From an uncultured delta proteobacterium (GTDB taxonomy: Bacteria; Desulfobacterota; Desulfuromonadia; Geobacterales; Pseudopelobacteraceae), in assembly GCA_963772835.1 (NCBI GenBank), contig CAVYYZ010000003.1:32001-96000 (forward strand): DNA of 64,000 nt, given 5' to 3'. The position numbers and the translations under genes are program-made. Positions 27,640 to 38,959 of this stretch are shown piece after piece. The first letter of the stretch is position 1. Every line of letters begins with the position of its first letter. Below the pieces are notes generated by a model. That model did not search any database, was not told where the DNA came from, and saw only the letters and a list, made by a program, of their open reading frames with translations.

Positions 27640-28242
27640 ATGACCCATAAAGGGAACGTGGAATCTCCGCAGCGAAGCTGCCTCGGGTGCAGGACAAGCA
27701 AAGACAAAAATCTTCTGCTCCGGTTTGTCCAGACGCCTGAAATGGAAATACTGCCTGATCTGGAGAGTAGACTGCCGGGCAGAGGGGCATATACCTGTAT
27801 TGATAAACGCTGTCTTGCTACTGCTATTGAGCAGCGGCAGTTTAAACGTTCTTTTAAGCATGATGTCTCAGTTATGCCGGCAGAGCAGTTTGTTGAATAT
27901 ATCCGGCAGCAGTTACACAGCCGTATTATCGGGTTGATCGGCCTGGCCAACAAAGCCGGGTCGGTAACAGGTGGCGGTTCCATGGTAATTGACGTGTTGA
28001 GAGGCAAGATCAAGCCGGGGCTCGTTATCGTTGCAACAGATGTTTCAGAGTCTATCGGCGGGAAAATTATTCATGCTGCTGCTTCGCACCACGTTAAATA
28101 TAGGACCGTAGTAACAAAAGATGATTTCGGGGCGATTTTAGGCAAGGCGCCCAGAAGTGCGATTGCCGTAGCATCAGGCGGATTTGTTGCACAGTTGGTG
28201 AAGGCTATTGACAGATACAGAAACTTCCTGGGGGAGGTATAA
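27640..28242 (+). CDS. YlxR (DUF448)-L7Ae family fusion protein
   Basis: N-half PQRSCLGCR...LLRFV...GRGAYTC (YlxR). C-half [11 protein letters not shown]...IVATDVS...GAILGK (L7Ae/YlxQ). Confidence 0.88.
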   Translation: MTHKGNVESPQRSCLGCRTSKDKNLLLRFVQTPEMEILPDLESRLPGRGAYTCIDKRCLATAIEQRQFKRSFKHDVSVMPAEQFVEYIRQQLHSRIIGLIGLANKAGSVTGGGSMVIDVLRGKIKPGLVIVATDVSESIGGKIIHAAASHHVKYRTVVTKDDFGAILGKAPRSAIAVASGGFVAQLVKAIDRYRNFLGEV

Positions 28243-28247
28243 AGGAT

Positions 28248-30980
28248 ATGGGTAAAATTAGTGTGGGTAGTTTGGCGAAAACGTTGGGCGTAGAGCCTAA
28301 AGATGCTATAGCCAGACTCAAAGAAATTGGTGTTGACGCAAAAACAGCTACATCGCAGGTTGATGAGGGTGTCGTTGCGCGCTTGACTGCCCCCCAGCCG
28401 AAAGATACCGGTACCAATGAGGTCAGGGTCGCATCGAACATCATTCGCCGCAGAGCCAAGATTGTTCCGGTAGATGATACTGCCGAAGCAGATGTCGCTG
28501 TTGAAGCGGCACCTGTCCAGCAGCCGGCCGCTCTGCCTCCGGCCGCGGCACCAGTTGCAGTCCCTCCTGCTGAAGCTAAAGCACGCAGCACAGAGGACCA
28601 TGCGGAGACCGTTGCAGTTGCCGGTATAACAGCCACGGAACAGCCGGAACTTGCGGTAAAGCCCCCTGAGGTACTGAAGGCGGGACCGAACCAGGCCAGA
28701 ATTCTAGGTATGGTGGAGATTCACGGAGTTACCAATCGTGCTACCCGGGTGGTAACCAAAGAAACACCTGTCACGCCGCGCACCGCGCCTCAGCGTCCGG
28801 CTCAAGACCCGTCACAGCAGCGAAGGCCGGCACCAGCTGCGGCAGATCAGAGAAGGCCTGCTCCGGGAGCTGATGCACGGCGCCCGACACCGGGGTACGA
28901 GCAAAAACGGCCTGTTTCGACGGTGCCGTCCGCCCCTGCCACCGAGCTTGATCGCTCACGTATGAAGCAGGTACAGCTTGCCCCTGCAGCGCTTCCCGGC
29001 GGCGATAACCGGCGTGGCGGAAAGAAAGAAGGTCCTGGCTACGGAGATGCAGGCAAAGGAGCCAAGAAGGGCGCGCCGCCAGCCAAGAAGAAGGAACAGC
29101 CTCGCAAGAACGAAATTATTGAAAAACGTGAGCGGGCATTTGATCCGGCCTATAAAGGGTCAAAGAAGCGCGGGGGAAAAGAACGGGTTTCCGATACCAG
29201 AAAAACAGAAATCACCGTTCCGAAGGCAATCAAGCGTATCATTAAGATATCTGAAAGCATTTCAGTCGGAGAGCTTGCCAAACGACTCGGCATCAAGGCA
29301 AACGACCTTATTAAATCTCTGATGAAGATGGGAATGATGGTTACCATCAATCATGCTCTTGATTTTGATACCGCTGTTATTCTTGCGTCAGAATATGAAT
29401 ATGAAGTTGAAAATGTAGCGGTTGACCTGGATGAAATCCTCGAATCGACGGTTGATGCCCCGGAAACGCTGGTAACAAGACCTCCTGTTGTTACAATTAT
29501 GGGACATGTTGATCACGGCAAGACCTCACTTCTTGATGCAATTCGAGAAGCCAACGTCATAGCCGGCGAGGCCGGCGGCATCACTCAGCATATCGGAGCC
29601 TACGACGTCGAGTTGAACGGTCGCAAAATAACCTTTCTCGATACTCCCGGCCATGAAGCGTTTACCGCCATGCGTGCTCGCGGCGCCAAGGTCACCGACA
29701 TCGTCGTTCTCGTCGTGGCCGCAGATGATGGTGTCATGCCGCAGACGAAAGAAGCCATCAACCACTCAAAAGCCGCTGAAGTACCTATTATTGTTGCTAT
29801 CAATAAGATTGACAAGCCGGGTGCAAAGCCGGAAAAGGTCAAGCAGGAACTGACAGAGCAGGGCATTGTTTCCTCGGAATGGGGCGGAGACGTCACGATG
29901 GTGGAAGTTTCAGCGAAACAGCGCCTCAATCTGGAAGGTCTGCTTGAAATGATTCTGCTACAGGCGGATTTGATGGAGTTGACAGCTAACCCGAACAAGC
30001 TGGCCAAAGGAACCGTTGTCGAGGGAAAACTCGACAAGGGGCGTGGTCCTGTCGCCACCGTACTGGTGCAGGAAGGAACACTCAGAACCGGCGACTATTG
30101 TGTCGTTGGAGTTCATTCCGGGCGTGTCAGGGCGATGCAGAATGATCGCGGCGAAAAAATTACCGAGGCTGGCCCTTCCATGCCGGTTGAGCTGGTCGGA
30201 TTATCCGGCGTGCCGAATGCGGGTGATATCTTTGTCTCCATGAAGGATGAGAAACAGGCAAAGGAAATTGCCACACTTCGCCAGATCAAGATGCGCGAAG
30301 TCGAATTTGCCAAACATACAAAACTGTCGCTGGAAGACCTTTACAAGCGGATTCAGAGCGGAGAGGTTAAAGATCTCAATGTCGTTGTCAAGGGTGATGT
30401 TCAGGGTTCAGTTGAGGCCGTCAGCGAGACGCTGCGCAAACTTTCAACCGATGCGGTCCGTTTGAACGTCATTCACTCTGCCGTCGGTGCAGTTACCGAA
30501 ACTGACGTTAATCTGGCAGCGGCATCGAACGCCGTCATTATCGGCTTTAATGTCCGTCCTGAAGTCAAGGCACAGGGGCATGCCGAGCGTGAAGGGGTCG
30601 ATATCCGTCTTTACAGCATTATCTATGATGCTGTAGAGGATGTTAAAAAAGCCATGGAAGGCCTGCTGGATCCGACCTTCAAGGAAAAATTCCTCGGCCG
30701 GGTTGAAATCCGTGACGTATTTACCGTTCCTAAGTTCGGTAATGTCGCCGGTTGTTATGTTACTGACGGAAAGATGGTCCGCAACGCGCAGGTCCGCTTA
30801 TTGCGAGATAACGTGGTAGTATACGAAGGTAAAATGTCTTCGCTGCGTCGCTTTAAAGATGATGTCAAGGACGTTGCCACCGGATATGAATGCGGTATCG
30901 GGCTTGAAAACTATAATGACATCAAGGCTGGTGATATTATCGAAGCATTTGAAATGGAAAAAATCGCCGGAAAATTATAA
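28248..30980 (+). CDS. infB: Translation initiation factor IF-2
   Basis: [43 protein letters not shown]. Confidence 0.99.
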   Translation: MGKISVGSLAKTLGVEPKDAIARLKEIGVDAKTATSQVDEGVVARLTAPQPKDTGTNEVRVASNIIRRRAKIVPVDDTAEADVAVEAAPVQQPAALPPAAAPVAVPPAEAKARSTEDHAETVAVAGITATEQPELAVKPPEVLKAGPNQARILGMVEIHGVTNRATRVVTKETPVTPRTAPQRPAQDPSQQRRPAPAAADQRRPAPGADARRPTPGYEQKRPVSTVPSAPATELDRSRMKQVQLAPAALPGGDNRRGGKKEGPGYGDAGKGAKKGAPPAKKKEQPRKNEIIEKRERAFDPAYKGSKKRGGKERVSDTRKTEITVPKAIKRIIKISESISVGELAKRLGIKANDLIKSLMKMGMMVTINHALDFDTAVILASEYEYEVENVAVDLDEILESTVDAPETLVTRPPVVTIMGHVDHGKTSLLDAIREANVIAGEAGGITQHIGAYDVELNGRKITFLDTPGHEAFTAMRARGAKVTDIVVLVVAADDGVMPQTKEAINHSKAAEVPIIVAINKIDKPGAKPEKVKQELTEQGIVSSEWGGDVTMVEVSAKQRLNLEGLLEMILLQADLMELTANPNKLAKGTVVEGKLDKGRGPVATVLVQEGTLRTGDYCVVGVHSGRVRAMQNDRGEKITEAGPSMPVELVGLSGVPNAGDIFVSMKDEKQAKEIATLRQIKMREVEFAKHTKLSLEDLYKRIQSGEVKDLNVVVKGDVQGSVEAVSETLRKLSTDAVRLNVIHSAVGAVTETDVNLAAASNAVIIGFNVRPEVKAQGHAEREGVDIRLYSIIYDAVEDVKKAMEGLLDPTFKEKFLGRVEIRDVFTVPKFGNVAGCYVTDGKMVRNAQVRLLRDNVVVYEGKMSSLRRFKDDVKDVATGYECGIGLENYNDIKAGDIIEAFEMEKIAGKL

Positions 30981-30987
30981 ATCAGAC

Positions 30988-31026
30988 GAGGGATGAGAGT
31001 ATCCTTATACTCTCATCCCTCTTTTT
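30988..31026 (+). terminator. Strong stem-loop with T tract between infB and rbfA
   Basis: GAGGGATGAGAGTAT-CCTT-ATACTCTCATCCCTC followed by TTTTT. Confidence 0.75.
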
Positions 31027-31037
31027 AGAGGTTTCAT

Positions 31038-31409
31038 ATGCAGCACAAACGTTCAGAAAAAGTTGCAGAAACCATTCAGGAAATTATATGTACGATCCTT
31101 TCACGGGGCCTTAACGATCCGCGGATCGGCTTTGTCACCATTACCGGCGTTGAGGTCACGGATGATCTGAGTCTGGCACGCATTTTTTTCACCGTTATCG
31201 GTGATGATACCGTAAAGAAAGAGACGGAAGCAGGGTTGAACAGCGCCAAAGGATTTATCCGCCGCGATATCGGCAAGAAGCTTACGATCCGGCATACGCC
31301 GGAACTTGTTTTCAAATACGATAAGTCTCTTGATTACGGCAGTCGGATAGAATCTCTTCTCAAGGAGATAAAAACTGAGCATGACGGAAACAATTCAACA
31401 GATCATTGA
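31038..31409 (+). CDS. rbfA: Ribosome-binding factor A
   Basis: DPRIGFVTITGVEVTDDL, RHTPELVFKYD. Confidence 0.97.
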   Translation: MQHKRSEKVAETIQEIICTILSRGLNDPRIGFVTITGVEVTDDLSLARIFFTVIGDDTVKKETEAGLNSAKGFIRRDIGKKLTIRHTPELVFKYDKSLDYGSRIESLLKEIKTEHDGNNSTDH

Positions 31410-32340
31410 AGTCATTCGTTCCAACTCAACTTTTCTTCTTACTACGCATGAAGGGCCGGATGGAGATGCAATCGGGTCATCTCTGGCGCTTGCCTCTTTT
31501 CTCCGCAACCTGGGTAAAGACGTAACCGTTCACTATCAGGATTCAGTTCCAGACCTGTATACTTTTCTTCCCGGTACAGACTCCGTTCTTTCGCATATTC
31601 CCGACCAACATTTCGATGTCTCATTCGTTCTTGATATCGGTGAGCGTAAGCGCGCCGGTAAAGAGTTCTGCGACTTTTCACGAGTTACCACAACGGTCAA
31701 TCTTGATCACCATCTTTCCTGCGAACATTTTGCCGATTACAACCTCATTGACTCCCAGGCCGCAGCAACCGGCATTCTGGTATACCGGATAGCCAGTGCT
31801 TACGGCTACCGTTTTGATCGCGATACCGCTCTCTGTATTTATGCCGCCGTAATAACCGATACCGGTTCGTTTCGCTACTCAAATGCCAATCGGGAGGCCT
31901 TTACAGTTGCCGGAGAAATGATCGAATGCGGTGTCAATGCCTGGGATGTGGCCGAGCAGCTGTATGAAAATCAACCGCAAAAGCGGCTTGAACTTTTGGC
32001 AAAATGTCTCCCGACTCTTGACGTTTTTAGAGACGGGCTGGCAGCCTCAGTCACGGTGACCTGTGACATGTATGCTGCCAGTGGAGCCGGAGCAGAACTG
32101 ACGGACGGTTTTGTCAATTATCCCCGTTCTATTCGCGGCGTTGAAGTAGCGATCTTTTTCCGGCAACTTGATGAGACGAAATTCAAGGTAGGATTTCGCT
32201 CGAAGGGAAAAGTGAATGTAGCTGCATTTTCGGCACGTCTCGGCGGTGGAGGACACCATAATGCCGCCGGGTGTACTGTGGAAGGCACGCTGGACGAAGT
32301 TAAATCTCAAGTGTACGCTATTGTTGAAAACTCTCTGTAA
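31381..32340 (+). CDS. nrnA: DHH/DHHA1 phosphoesterase (nanoRNase/pAp phosphatase NrnA family)
   Basis: HEGPDGDAIGS, DHH, TDTGSF, GGGGHHNAAG. Confidence 0.92.
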   Translation: MTETIQQIIEVIRSNSTFLLTTHEGPDGDAIGSSLALASFLRNLGKDVTVHYQDSVPDLYTFLPGTDSVLSHIPDQHFDVSFVLDIGERKRAGKEFCDFSRVTTTVNLDHHLSCEHFADYNLIDSQAAATGILVYRIASAYGYRFDRDTALCIYAAVITDTGSFRYSNANREAFTVAGEMIECGVNAWDVAEQLYENQPQKRLELLAKCLPTLDVFRDGLAASVTVTCDMYAASGAGAELTDGFVNYPRSIRGVEVAIFFRQLDETKFKVGFRSKGKVNVAAFSARLGGGGHHNAAGCTVEGTLDEVKSQVYAIVENSL

Positions 32341-32386
32341 TTCAATGCCATTCCCCATCAAAGACGTTTTTATCCGTTTTATTTTT

Positions 32387-32410
32387 CTGTGTCTCTGTGC
32401 CTCCGTGGTG
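32387..32410. repeat. Solo arm of the CACGGAGR-type octamer repeat element
   Basis: CTGTGTCT-CTGTGCCT-CCGTGGTG; ends in the same GTGCCTCCGTGGTG as the right arm at 1926-1942. No partner arm seen. Confidence 0.8.
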
Positions 32411-32427
32411 ATGGTTGTGGCAGCTGC

Positions 32428-33336
32428 ATGAATGGTTTCGTCGTTATCGACAAACCGGCCGGTATTACGTCACATGATGTCGTCAGTCGGGTACGCCGCA
32501 TCCTGGGAACGCGCAAAGTCGGCCATACCGGTACACTCGACCCCTTTGCCACCGGGGTTTTACCGATTGCAGTCAATGACGGCACCAAATGCATTCCTTT
32601 TCTCGATGAAGGAAGCAAGACCTACGAGGCGCTCCTGCGCCTCGGCGTCACCACAGATACGCTTGACATGACCGGCACGGTCACGTCTGAATCAGACCCT
32701 TCCGGCATCTCCCGCGAACAGTTCATCTCTACACTTTCAGATTTCACCGGAGCTATCAGCCAGATTCCACCCATGTATTCCGCAATCAAACAGGGGGGGC
32801 AGCCGCTCTATAAACTGGCGCGTCAGGGTGTGGAGGTCGAGCGTAAGGCGCGTGACGTCGAAATATATTCCCTTGAACTGCTCGCTTTCGATCTGCCGCA
32901 TGCCTCCATTCGGGTTACCTGCTCGCGCGGAACCTATGTCCGTACGCTGGCCGATGATATCGGTCGCACGCTGGGATGCGGAGCCGCTCTGCAGGAGCTG
33001 CGGCGCACCGCCAGCGGCCCGTTTCGTATCGAAAACGCGATCACTCTGACTGATCTTGAAACAGGTGCTGTGGAGGGGAGGGCGGAGTCGCTCTGTCTGT
33101 CTTCGATGACGGTTCTCGATCATCTGCCTGAAATTTCTCTGACCGCCGCCGGTTTGGAAGGTCTCTGCTTCGGCAGGTCTCCGTCCTGGGAGGCCACCAT
33201 TCTGGAAACGCCTTTGCATTGTTCGACTGAAACTCCGGTACGCCTGACCTCCGGTGGAAACCTTGTTGCTATTGCCATACTTGTCCCGGGCCATGAGGCT
33301 CCTGCCGCTATCGTGCTGAAACGGGTGTTGATATGA
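32428..33336 (+). CDS. truB: tRNA pseudouridine-55 synthase TruB
   Basis: DKPAGITSHDVV, KVGHTGTLDPFATG, QIPPMYSA, CSRGTYVR. Start moved to ATG 32428 because GTG 32389 is in the repeat. Confidence 0.97.
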   Translation: MNGFVVIDKPAGITSHDVVSRVRRILGTRKVGHTGTLDPFATGVLPIAVNDGTKCIPFLDEGSKTYEALLRLGVTTDTLDMTGTVTSESDPSGISREQFISTLSDFTGAISQIPPMYSAIKQGGQPLYKLARQGVEVERKARDVEIYSLELLAFDLPHASIRVTCSRGTYVRTLADDIGRTLGCGAALQELRRTASGPFRIENAITLTDLETGAVEGRAESLCLSSMTVLDHLPEISLTAAGLEGLCFGRSPSWEATILETPLHCSTETPVRLTSGGNLVAIAILVPGHEAPAAIVLKRVLI

Positions 33337-33453
33337 TATTAGCCTTTACATGCCCGTAACACTGTGATAAGTATTACAACTCAGTTTCATACGTTTCGGG
33401 GCTCCCCCCCTGATTTCGTAATCCCATCAATTAGTTTCACGGAGGAGTCAACA

Positions 33454-33720
33454 GTGCTGGAAACCGAAAAAAAACAGGAAATCATCAATGAATTCAAGAA
33501 ACATGAGAGTGATACCGGTTCACCGGAAGTGCAGATCGCAATTCTGACTGCGCGGATCACATATCTGACTGAGCACTTCAAAACTCACAAAAAAGACCAT
33601 CATAGCCGTCGTGGCCTTCTCAAGCTTGTTGGTCAGAGAAGACGTCTGCTGGATTATCTGAAGGGCAAAGAAGTGGCCAGATACAAGACAGTTATCGAAA
33701 GACTCGGCATTCGTAGATAG
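33454..33720 (+). CDS. rpsO: 30S ribosomal protein S15
   Basis: [30 protein letters not shown] before GTG 33454; 88 aa. Confidence 0.98.
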   Translation: MLETEKKQEIINEFKKHESDTGSPEVQIAILTARITYLTEHFKTHKKDHHSRRGLLKLVGQRRRLLDYLKGKEVARYKTVIERLGIRR

Positions 33721-33724
33721 TACC

Positions 33725-33814
33725 CGGCGGCATACCTGTAAATGCAGGTATGCCGCCGCTCTATTTACAGTATGCTCATTTAAGAAAAGGGCTTTCAAAG
33801 CCCTTTTTATTTTT
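33725..33814 (+). terminator. Two stem-loops after rpsO, the second with a T tract
   Basis: CGGCGGCATACCTG...CAGGTATGCCGCCG (33725-33758); AAAAGGGCTTTCAAAGCCCTTTTTATTTTT (33785-33814). Confidence 0.75.
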
Positions 33815-33900
33815 GTTGGGGGCGTGGTTAGAGTTTCTCCGGTGATTTTCCGAAGGAATTGTAGCGACGGCCCCAACGCAACCGAAGAGGAGAATGGATT

Positions 33901-36009
33901 ATGGAACAAAGTGTTCAGGTTGAGTTCGGGGGCAGAACAATTACACTGTCTACCGGAAAGATGGCAAAACAGGCCAGCGGAGCGGTCGTCGTCAGTTGCG
34001 GCGATACCGTCGTACTCGTCACCGTCGTGGCAGCAAAAGAAGCAAAAGAGGGGCAGGACTTTTTCCCGCTGACCGTTAACTACACCGAGAAGGCATACGC
34101 CGGCGGCAAGATCCCGGGAGGTTTCTTCAAGCGCGAAGCGCGTCCTTCCGATCCGGAAACACTGACCTGTCGTCTGATCGACCGTCCGATTCGTCCGCTT
34201 TTCCCGGAAACGTTTTTAAATGATACCCAGATAATTGCTACTGTTGTCTCGGCCGATCAGGACAATGACCCGGGGATCCTGTCGATGCTGGGAGCTTCTG
34301 CTGCACTGATGATCTCCGACATCCCGTTCAACGGTCCGATTGCCGGCGCCAAGGTGGCACGGGTGGATGGTAAGTTCATCTGCAATCCTTCTGCTGAAGA
34401 GCTTGAAAAAAGCGATCTTGAAATCGTCGTTGCGGCAAGCCGTGACGCGGTGATCATGGTTGAGGGGGAGGCAAAATTCGTATCCGAGGCTGATCTGCTG
34501 GAAGGGGTGTTCTTCGCAAAAGAAGCAATGCTGCCGCTGATCGAAGCCCAGGAAAAACTGCAGAAACTGGCAGGAGTCGCAAAACGTGCTGTTAAGGCCG
34601 TGGTTGTTGATGAAGTCCTGCTGGCACGAGTAAAGGAACTGGCCTACAATCGCATCGGCGAAGCGGTCAAGCTGAAAGCTAAAAATGAACGTCATGATCA
34701 GATCGATCTGATCAAGGCTGAAACGATTGAAGCCCTCAAAGCTGAATTCGAAGGCTCCGCCAAGCAGATCAAAGCGTTTCTGGGTGATTTCGAGTATGAC
34801 CGCGTCCGCGCAGATGTACTTGACACCGGTATTCGCATCGATGGTCGCACAACCAACACCATCCGCCCGATCAGCACCGAAACCGGTTTCCTCCCGCGCG
34901 TTCATGGTTCGGCGCTCTTCACCCGCGGCGAAACACAGGCACTGGTTGCCGCAACACTCGGTACTTCCAGCGATGAGCAGCGTATTGACTCACTCTACGG
35001 TGCGTCTCGCAAACGCTTCCTGCTGCACTATAACTTCCCTCCGTTCTCGGTTGGCGAAACCAGCTTCCGTCTCGGACCTGGCCGCAGAGAGATCGGTCAC
35101 GGCATGCTGGCTGAACGTGCGCTTGCCGCAGTTCTTCCGAAGCACGATGATTTTCCATATACAATCCGGATAGTTTCAGAGACACTTGAAAGTAATGGTT
35201 CATCTTCCATGGCTGCTGTCTGCGGTGGCTGCATGTCGATGATGGATGCCGGTATTCCGGTAACGGCACCGGTCGCAGGTATCGCCATGGGACTGATCAA
35301 GGAAGGCGACAAGTTTGCCATCCTCTCCGACATTCTGGGTGATGAAGACCACCTCGGCGATATGGACTTCAAGGTTGCCGGAACGGCAGAAGGTGTCACC
35401 GCGCTGCAGATGGATATCAAGATCGGCGGCGTCACCAAGGAAATCATGGAGCAGGCTCTTAAGCAGGCCCGTGAAGGTCGTCTGCACATCCTCGGGAAAA
35501 TGGCTGAAACACTTGCCGCACCACGGGCAGAGATGTCACCGTTCGCTCCGCGCATTACCACCATCTACGTCAAGACGGATCGTATCCGCGACGTCATCGG
35601 TACCGGCGGCAAGAATATCCGCAACATTACCGAGACAACCGGCGTCACGATTGATATCGACGATACCGGCCGCATCAACATCGCCAGCACCAACAAGGAA
35701 GCCTGTGATCTGGCTATCCAGATGATCCGCGGTCTGACCGATGAAGCTGAAGAGGGCAAATTGTACATGGGTACTGTCCGGAAAATCATGGATTTCGGCG
35801 CTTTTGTCGAGATCATGCCCGGCACAGACGGTCTGGTTCATATTTCGGAGCTTGATACGGCACGCGTCAAAACCGTTACGGAGATTCTTAACGAAGGCGA
35901 CCAGGTGCTGGTCAAATGCATCGGCGTTGACAAAAACGGCAAGATCAAGCTCTCCCGCAAGGAAGCGCTTGGCTATAATCTTGACGGGTCAAAGATGTCT
36001 GCAGCATAG
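33901..36009 (+). CDS. pnp: Polyribonucleotide nucleotidyltransferase
   Basis: [50 protein letters not shown] and S1 domains. Confidence 0.99.
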   Translation: MEQSVQVEFGGRTITLSTGKMAKQASGAVVVSCGDTVVLVTVVAAKEAKEGQDFFPLTVNYTEKAYAGGKIPGGFFKREARPSDPETLTCRLIDRPIRPLFPETFLNDTQIIATVVSADQDNDPGILSMLGASAALMISDIPFNGPIAGAKVARVDGKFICNPSAEELEKSDLEIVVAASRDAVIMVEGEAKFVSEADLLEGVFFAKEAMLPLIEAQEKLQKLAGVAKRAVKAVVVDEVLLARVKELAYNRIGEAVKLKAKNERHDQIDLIKAETIEALKAEFEGSAKQIKAFLGDFEYDRVRADVLDTGIRIDGRTTNTIRPISTETGFLPRVHGSALFTRGETQALVAATLGTSSDEQRIDSLYGASRKRFLLHYNFPPFSVGETSFRLGPGRREIGHGMLAERALAAVLPKHDDFPYTIRIVSETLESNGSSSMAAVCGGCMSMMDAGIPVTAPVAGIAMGLIKEGDKFAILSDILGDEDHLGDMDFKVAGTAEGVTALQMDIKIGGVTKEIMEQALKQAREGRLHILGKMAETLAAPRAEMSPFAPRITTIYVKTDRIRDVIGTGGKNIRNITETTGVTIDIDDTGRINIASTNKEACDLAIQMIRGLTDEAEEGKLYMGTVRKIMDFGAFVEIMPGTDGLVHISELDTARVKTVTEILNEGDQVLVKCIGVDKNGKIKLSRKEALGYNLDGSKMSAA

Positions 36010-36046
36010 ATATTTCAGTCAGCATCTGACTGAAGATGGGAACAGG

Positions 36047-36079
36047 GGCGGAACCGGTAACGGCTCCGCCTTTTCTTTT
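36047..36079 (+). terminator. Intrinsic terminator after pnp
   Basis: GGCGGAACCG-GTAA-CGGCTCCGCC-TTTTCTTTT, preceded by a second hairpin at 36014-36034. Confidence 0.75.
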
Positions 36080-36132
36080 GCCGGCAATTGGTTCATAGTG
36101 GTACAGCTTCAATTCCGGATGGAGGTGGATAC

Positions 36133-37659
36133 GTGAACAAGAAACGGCTGGCCGCCATTGACATAGGTACCAATTCGATCCGCTGCATCGTTGTTGAGGT
36201 TGATGATCAGGGACGCTACACGATTCTGGATGATGAAAAGGCGACCGTGCGGCTCGGTGAAAATCTGGCGGTAAGCGGCGCCATCTCGCCGGCTGCGTTT
36301 GCCCGGGCGGTGGATGCCATGTCACGTATACGCAAACTGATCGATGGCCTGAAGGTGTTGGAAGTTGAAGCGGTTGCCACCAGTGCCGTCCGGAGTGCCT
36401 CAAACGGGGATGAACTTGTTGCGGTGCTGACTCGTGAACTCGGACGGGAGATACGGGTCATATCGGGAGATGAAGAGGCCGAACTGGTTGCCCTGTCGGC
36501 GCGCCACAACTTTGATATGAGCGGCAAGCGCTATATGATCATCGATATCGGCGGCGGCAGTGTGGAGATCATGAGTGCCGTTGCCAATCATGTCGAGAGC
36601 TGTTTCTCGCTTGAACTGGGTGCCGTGCGCATGACCGACAGGTTTTTAAAGTCAGACCCTGTCCACTTGTCTGAAATAACAAAACTAAAAAGTTTTGTCC
36701 GCTCCGAGCTTAAAAAACTGTTTCCTGAGGAACGGCCAACGGTACAGACGTTCATCGCTTCAGGGGGCACCATAACGACCCTGGCAAACATGGTCATGAG
36801 TATGCGCCGGCAGACATATTCCACCTCCCATGGTTTCGAGGTACTCCGTTCGGAGGTTGTTCATCTGCTGGCTATGCTGGCACGCAAGGAAATAAAGGCG
36901 CTGAGGAATATCCCCGGTCTCAACCCGGACCGTGCCGATATCATTGTCGCAGGGCTTGTTGTCATTGATGAAATGATGAAATTTTTCGGCGCGAACATGC
37001 TGCTGATTAATGAGCGCGGCATTCGTGAGGGGTTGATCATCAGCTGTATGAAACGTTTGCAGCTTCTTCCCGATTCGAGCTCGCAGCGAAGCTGGAAGGG
37101 GTCGATCGTCGACTTTGCCCGTTCATGCCATTATGACGAGCCGCATTCACGACATGTTGCCAAGGTCTCCTTAAGTATCTTTGACAACCTTGCAAAAGAA
37201 TTCGCACTCAAAAAAAATGACCGGAAACTTCTGGAAGCTGCGGCTCTGCTCCATGATGTCGGTTATTTTATAAGCTACAACAGTCACCACAAGCATTCCC
37301 ATCATCTGATCCGTCACGCCGAACTGTTCGGCTTTTCGCCGCGTGAGCGGGAAATGATGGCACTGATCGCCCGCTACCACCGCAAATCACTGCCAAAGAA
37401 AAAGCACGCTGAATTCGACCGGCTGGATCCGAAGGATCAGCAACTAGTAAGCCGGCTCGGCGGCATACTGCGCCTGTCTGACGGCCTTGATCGCCGCAGA
37501 AGCGGCTTTGTTGAAGTTGTGGCTCTCAAGCGGAGCGGAATTGTTTTCAGTTTTAAACTGCTCGGTACGGAAGATATTTCAGTGGAAATATTTGGCGGGA
37601 ACGCTAAAAAAGACCTCTTTGAAAAAGCGTTCGGCGGCTCGGTTATGTTTGAATTGTAA
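36133..37659 (+). CDS. ppx: Ppx/GppA exopolyphosphatase with C-terminal HD domain
   Basis: AAIDIGTNS, ATSAVR, DIGGGSVE, GIREG, LLHDVG, RYHRK; GGAGG before GTG 36133. Confidence 0.92.
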   Translation: MNKKRLAAIDIGTNSIRCIVVEVDDQGRYTILDDEKATVRLGENLAVSGAISPAAFARAVDAMSRIRKLIDGLKVLEVEAVATSAVRSASNGDELVAVLTRELGREIRVISGDEEAELVALSARHNFDMSGKRYMIIDIGGGSVEIMSAVANHVESCFSLELGAVRMTDRFLKSDPVHLSEITKLKSFVRSELKKLFPEERPTVQTFIASGGTITTLANMVMSMRRQTYSTSHGFEVLRSEVVHLLAMLARKEIKALRNIPGLNPDRADIIVAGLVVIDEMMKFFGANMLLINERGIREGLIISCMKRLQLLPDSSSQRSWKGSIVDFARSCHYDEPHSRHVAKVSLSIFDNLAKEFALKKNDRKLLEAAALLHDVGYFISYNSHHKHSHHLIRHAELFGFSPREREMMALIARYHRKSLPKKKHAEFDRLDPKDQQLVSRLGGILRLSDGLDRRRSGFVEVVALKRSGIVFSFKLLGTEDISVEIFGGNAKKDLFEKAFGGSVMFEL

Positions 37660-37795
37660 CGGTTTTGAGCAGAGCGGGTTCACTGCTGCTGCACGTTGTT
37701 GTAAATCACACTTTTCGTTGACGGTTATTGCCGTTCTGTCGATAGTGCACCGATCCTCGAAGGCCATGCACTCATACCTGCAACTCTGCCTGTCG

Positions 37796-38155
37796 TTAAC
37801 CCTTTGCCCTGACCCGTCCCCGTTTGTTGCCCGGTGAAGACAGCCCGTTCTGTTTTATACATTGAGGGCATTTCTCCAGATTGATCAGCCAGGTAAACCA
37901 GGTTCCCAGCCCCACTTTCGTGATTGAATACCAGAATAATTTCAATTTGCAGTCGGGGCATGTAATGGAAGAATATGCCCAGGCAAAGACGCCTGTCATG
38001 AGTAACATTCCGCTAATGACGAGATAGGTGATAGCCTCTTTTTCCATTACCCTGTATAGAAAACTCTGGAAGAGGGTAATCCCGGCTCCAAGCGCCATTA
38101 ATACTACGAAGACATAGAGTTTCCAAAGCTGGTCTGTTCGTTTCAATAGTGTCAA
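37796..38155 (-). CDS. Hypothetical membrane protein with two TM helices and a CxxC...CxxC pair
   Basis: GGAGG upstream of TTG; CPDC and CPQC motifs. Confidence 0.7.
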   Translation of the reverse strand: MTLLKRTDQLWKLYVFVVLMALGAGITLFQSFLYRVMEKEAITYLVISGMLLMTGVFAWAYSSITCPDCKLKLFWYSITKVGLGTWFTWLINLEKCPQCIKQNGLSSPGNKRGRVRAKG

Positions 38156-38231
38156 AACGGGCCTCCTGAAGCTGGAATTACTACTGTAAAAACTGCTGAA
38201 CGGACTGTTTCCACGCGTACATATTCACGTC

Positions 38232-38789
38232 TCATAATTGTTTCTTTATGAGTTGGGACATGTTGAAGAATATTGTCCCGAGCATGAGATCTGATAGTGC
38301 ACTTACCAGCATACTCAGGGGAATAAAAACGACTGTCGCCAATAAAAATCCTGTTATCATGTTCGCATAACAGAATGGTTTCAGTAACCCTCCAAGATTG
38401 TATGGCAATGTGAGCAGCTTGTAGCCAAATTGAATCTGCACTATTCCCAGTAATGCCAGGATTATAACTACAACCGGTTCGAGAGATACCCGCAATGTTG
38501 GAAAGCTGTACATACCAATGGTGACTGCTCCCGTTGCCATGCCCGCCATTACCATGAGAGCAATACTTGTGTCAGTATTGTGGAATGTAAGGTAGTTAAG
38601 GAACCTTTTGAGATACGAGATGATTGCAATGAAGATCAGGGTGCCGAATGTTTGGATACACGTCCGTATTTCATTAGCATGGGAATCTATACCGCCTTCA
38701 AGACGGAACGATAGATACGCTAATGGTAACGTAAGAAAGGCGCTTGCCATTGCAAGCCATCCAGCTGTTTTTAAACTTCCAGAGGTCAT
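38232..38789 (-). CDS. Hypothetical polytopic membrane protein
   Basis: 185 aa ORF with 5-6 hydrophobic segments. Confidence 0.75.
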   Translation of the reverse strand: MTSGSLKTAGWLAMASAFLTLPLAYLSFRLEGGIDSHANEIRTCIQTFGTLIFIAIISYLKRFLNYLTFHNTDTSIALMVMAGMATGAVTIGMYSFPTLRVSLEPVVVIILALLGIVQIQFGYKLLTLPYNLGGLLKPFCYANMITGFLLATVVFIPLSMLVSALSDLMLGTIFFNMSQLIKKQL

Positions 38790-38959
38790 ACGCGTATTCT
38801 CTTAACGGCTTGGGAGATCACCGGCGGTTATGGCCGCTGCTCCCTCCGGTGCTTTAAAATGCCGGGAGAGCCGATGGCACGGGATTCCCCGGCGATGTAC
38901 GATAATGTTATTGAGAGCGGGATTGATGCCGTTCTCTGGACGGATACGAAGGAAACCGG

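Noticed and set aside
28790..28912. Short RRPAP-type repeats in infB
   Set aside because: Ordinary low-complexity IF-2 N-terminal linker.
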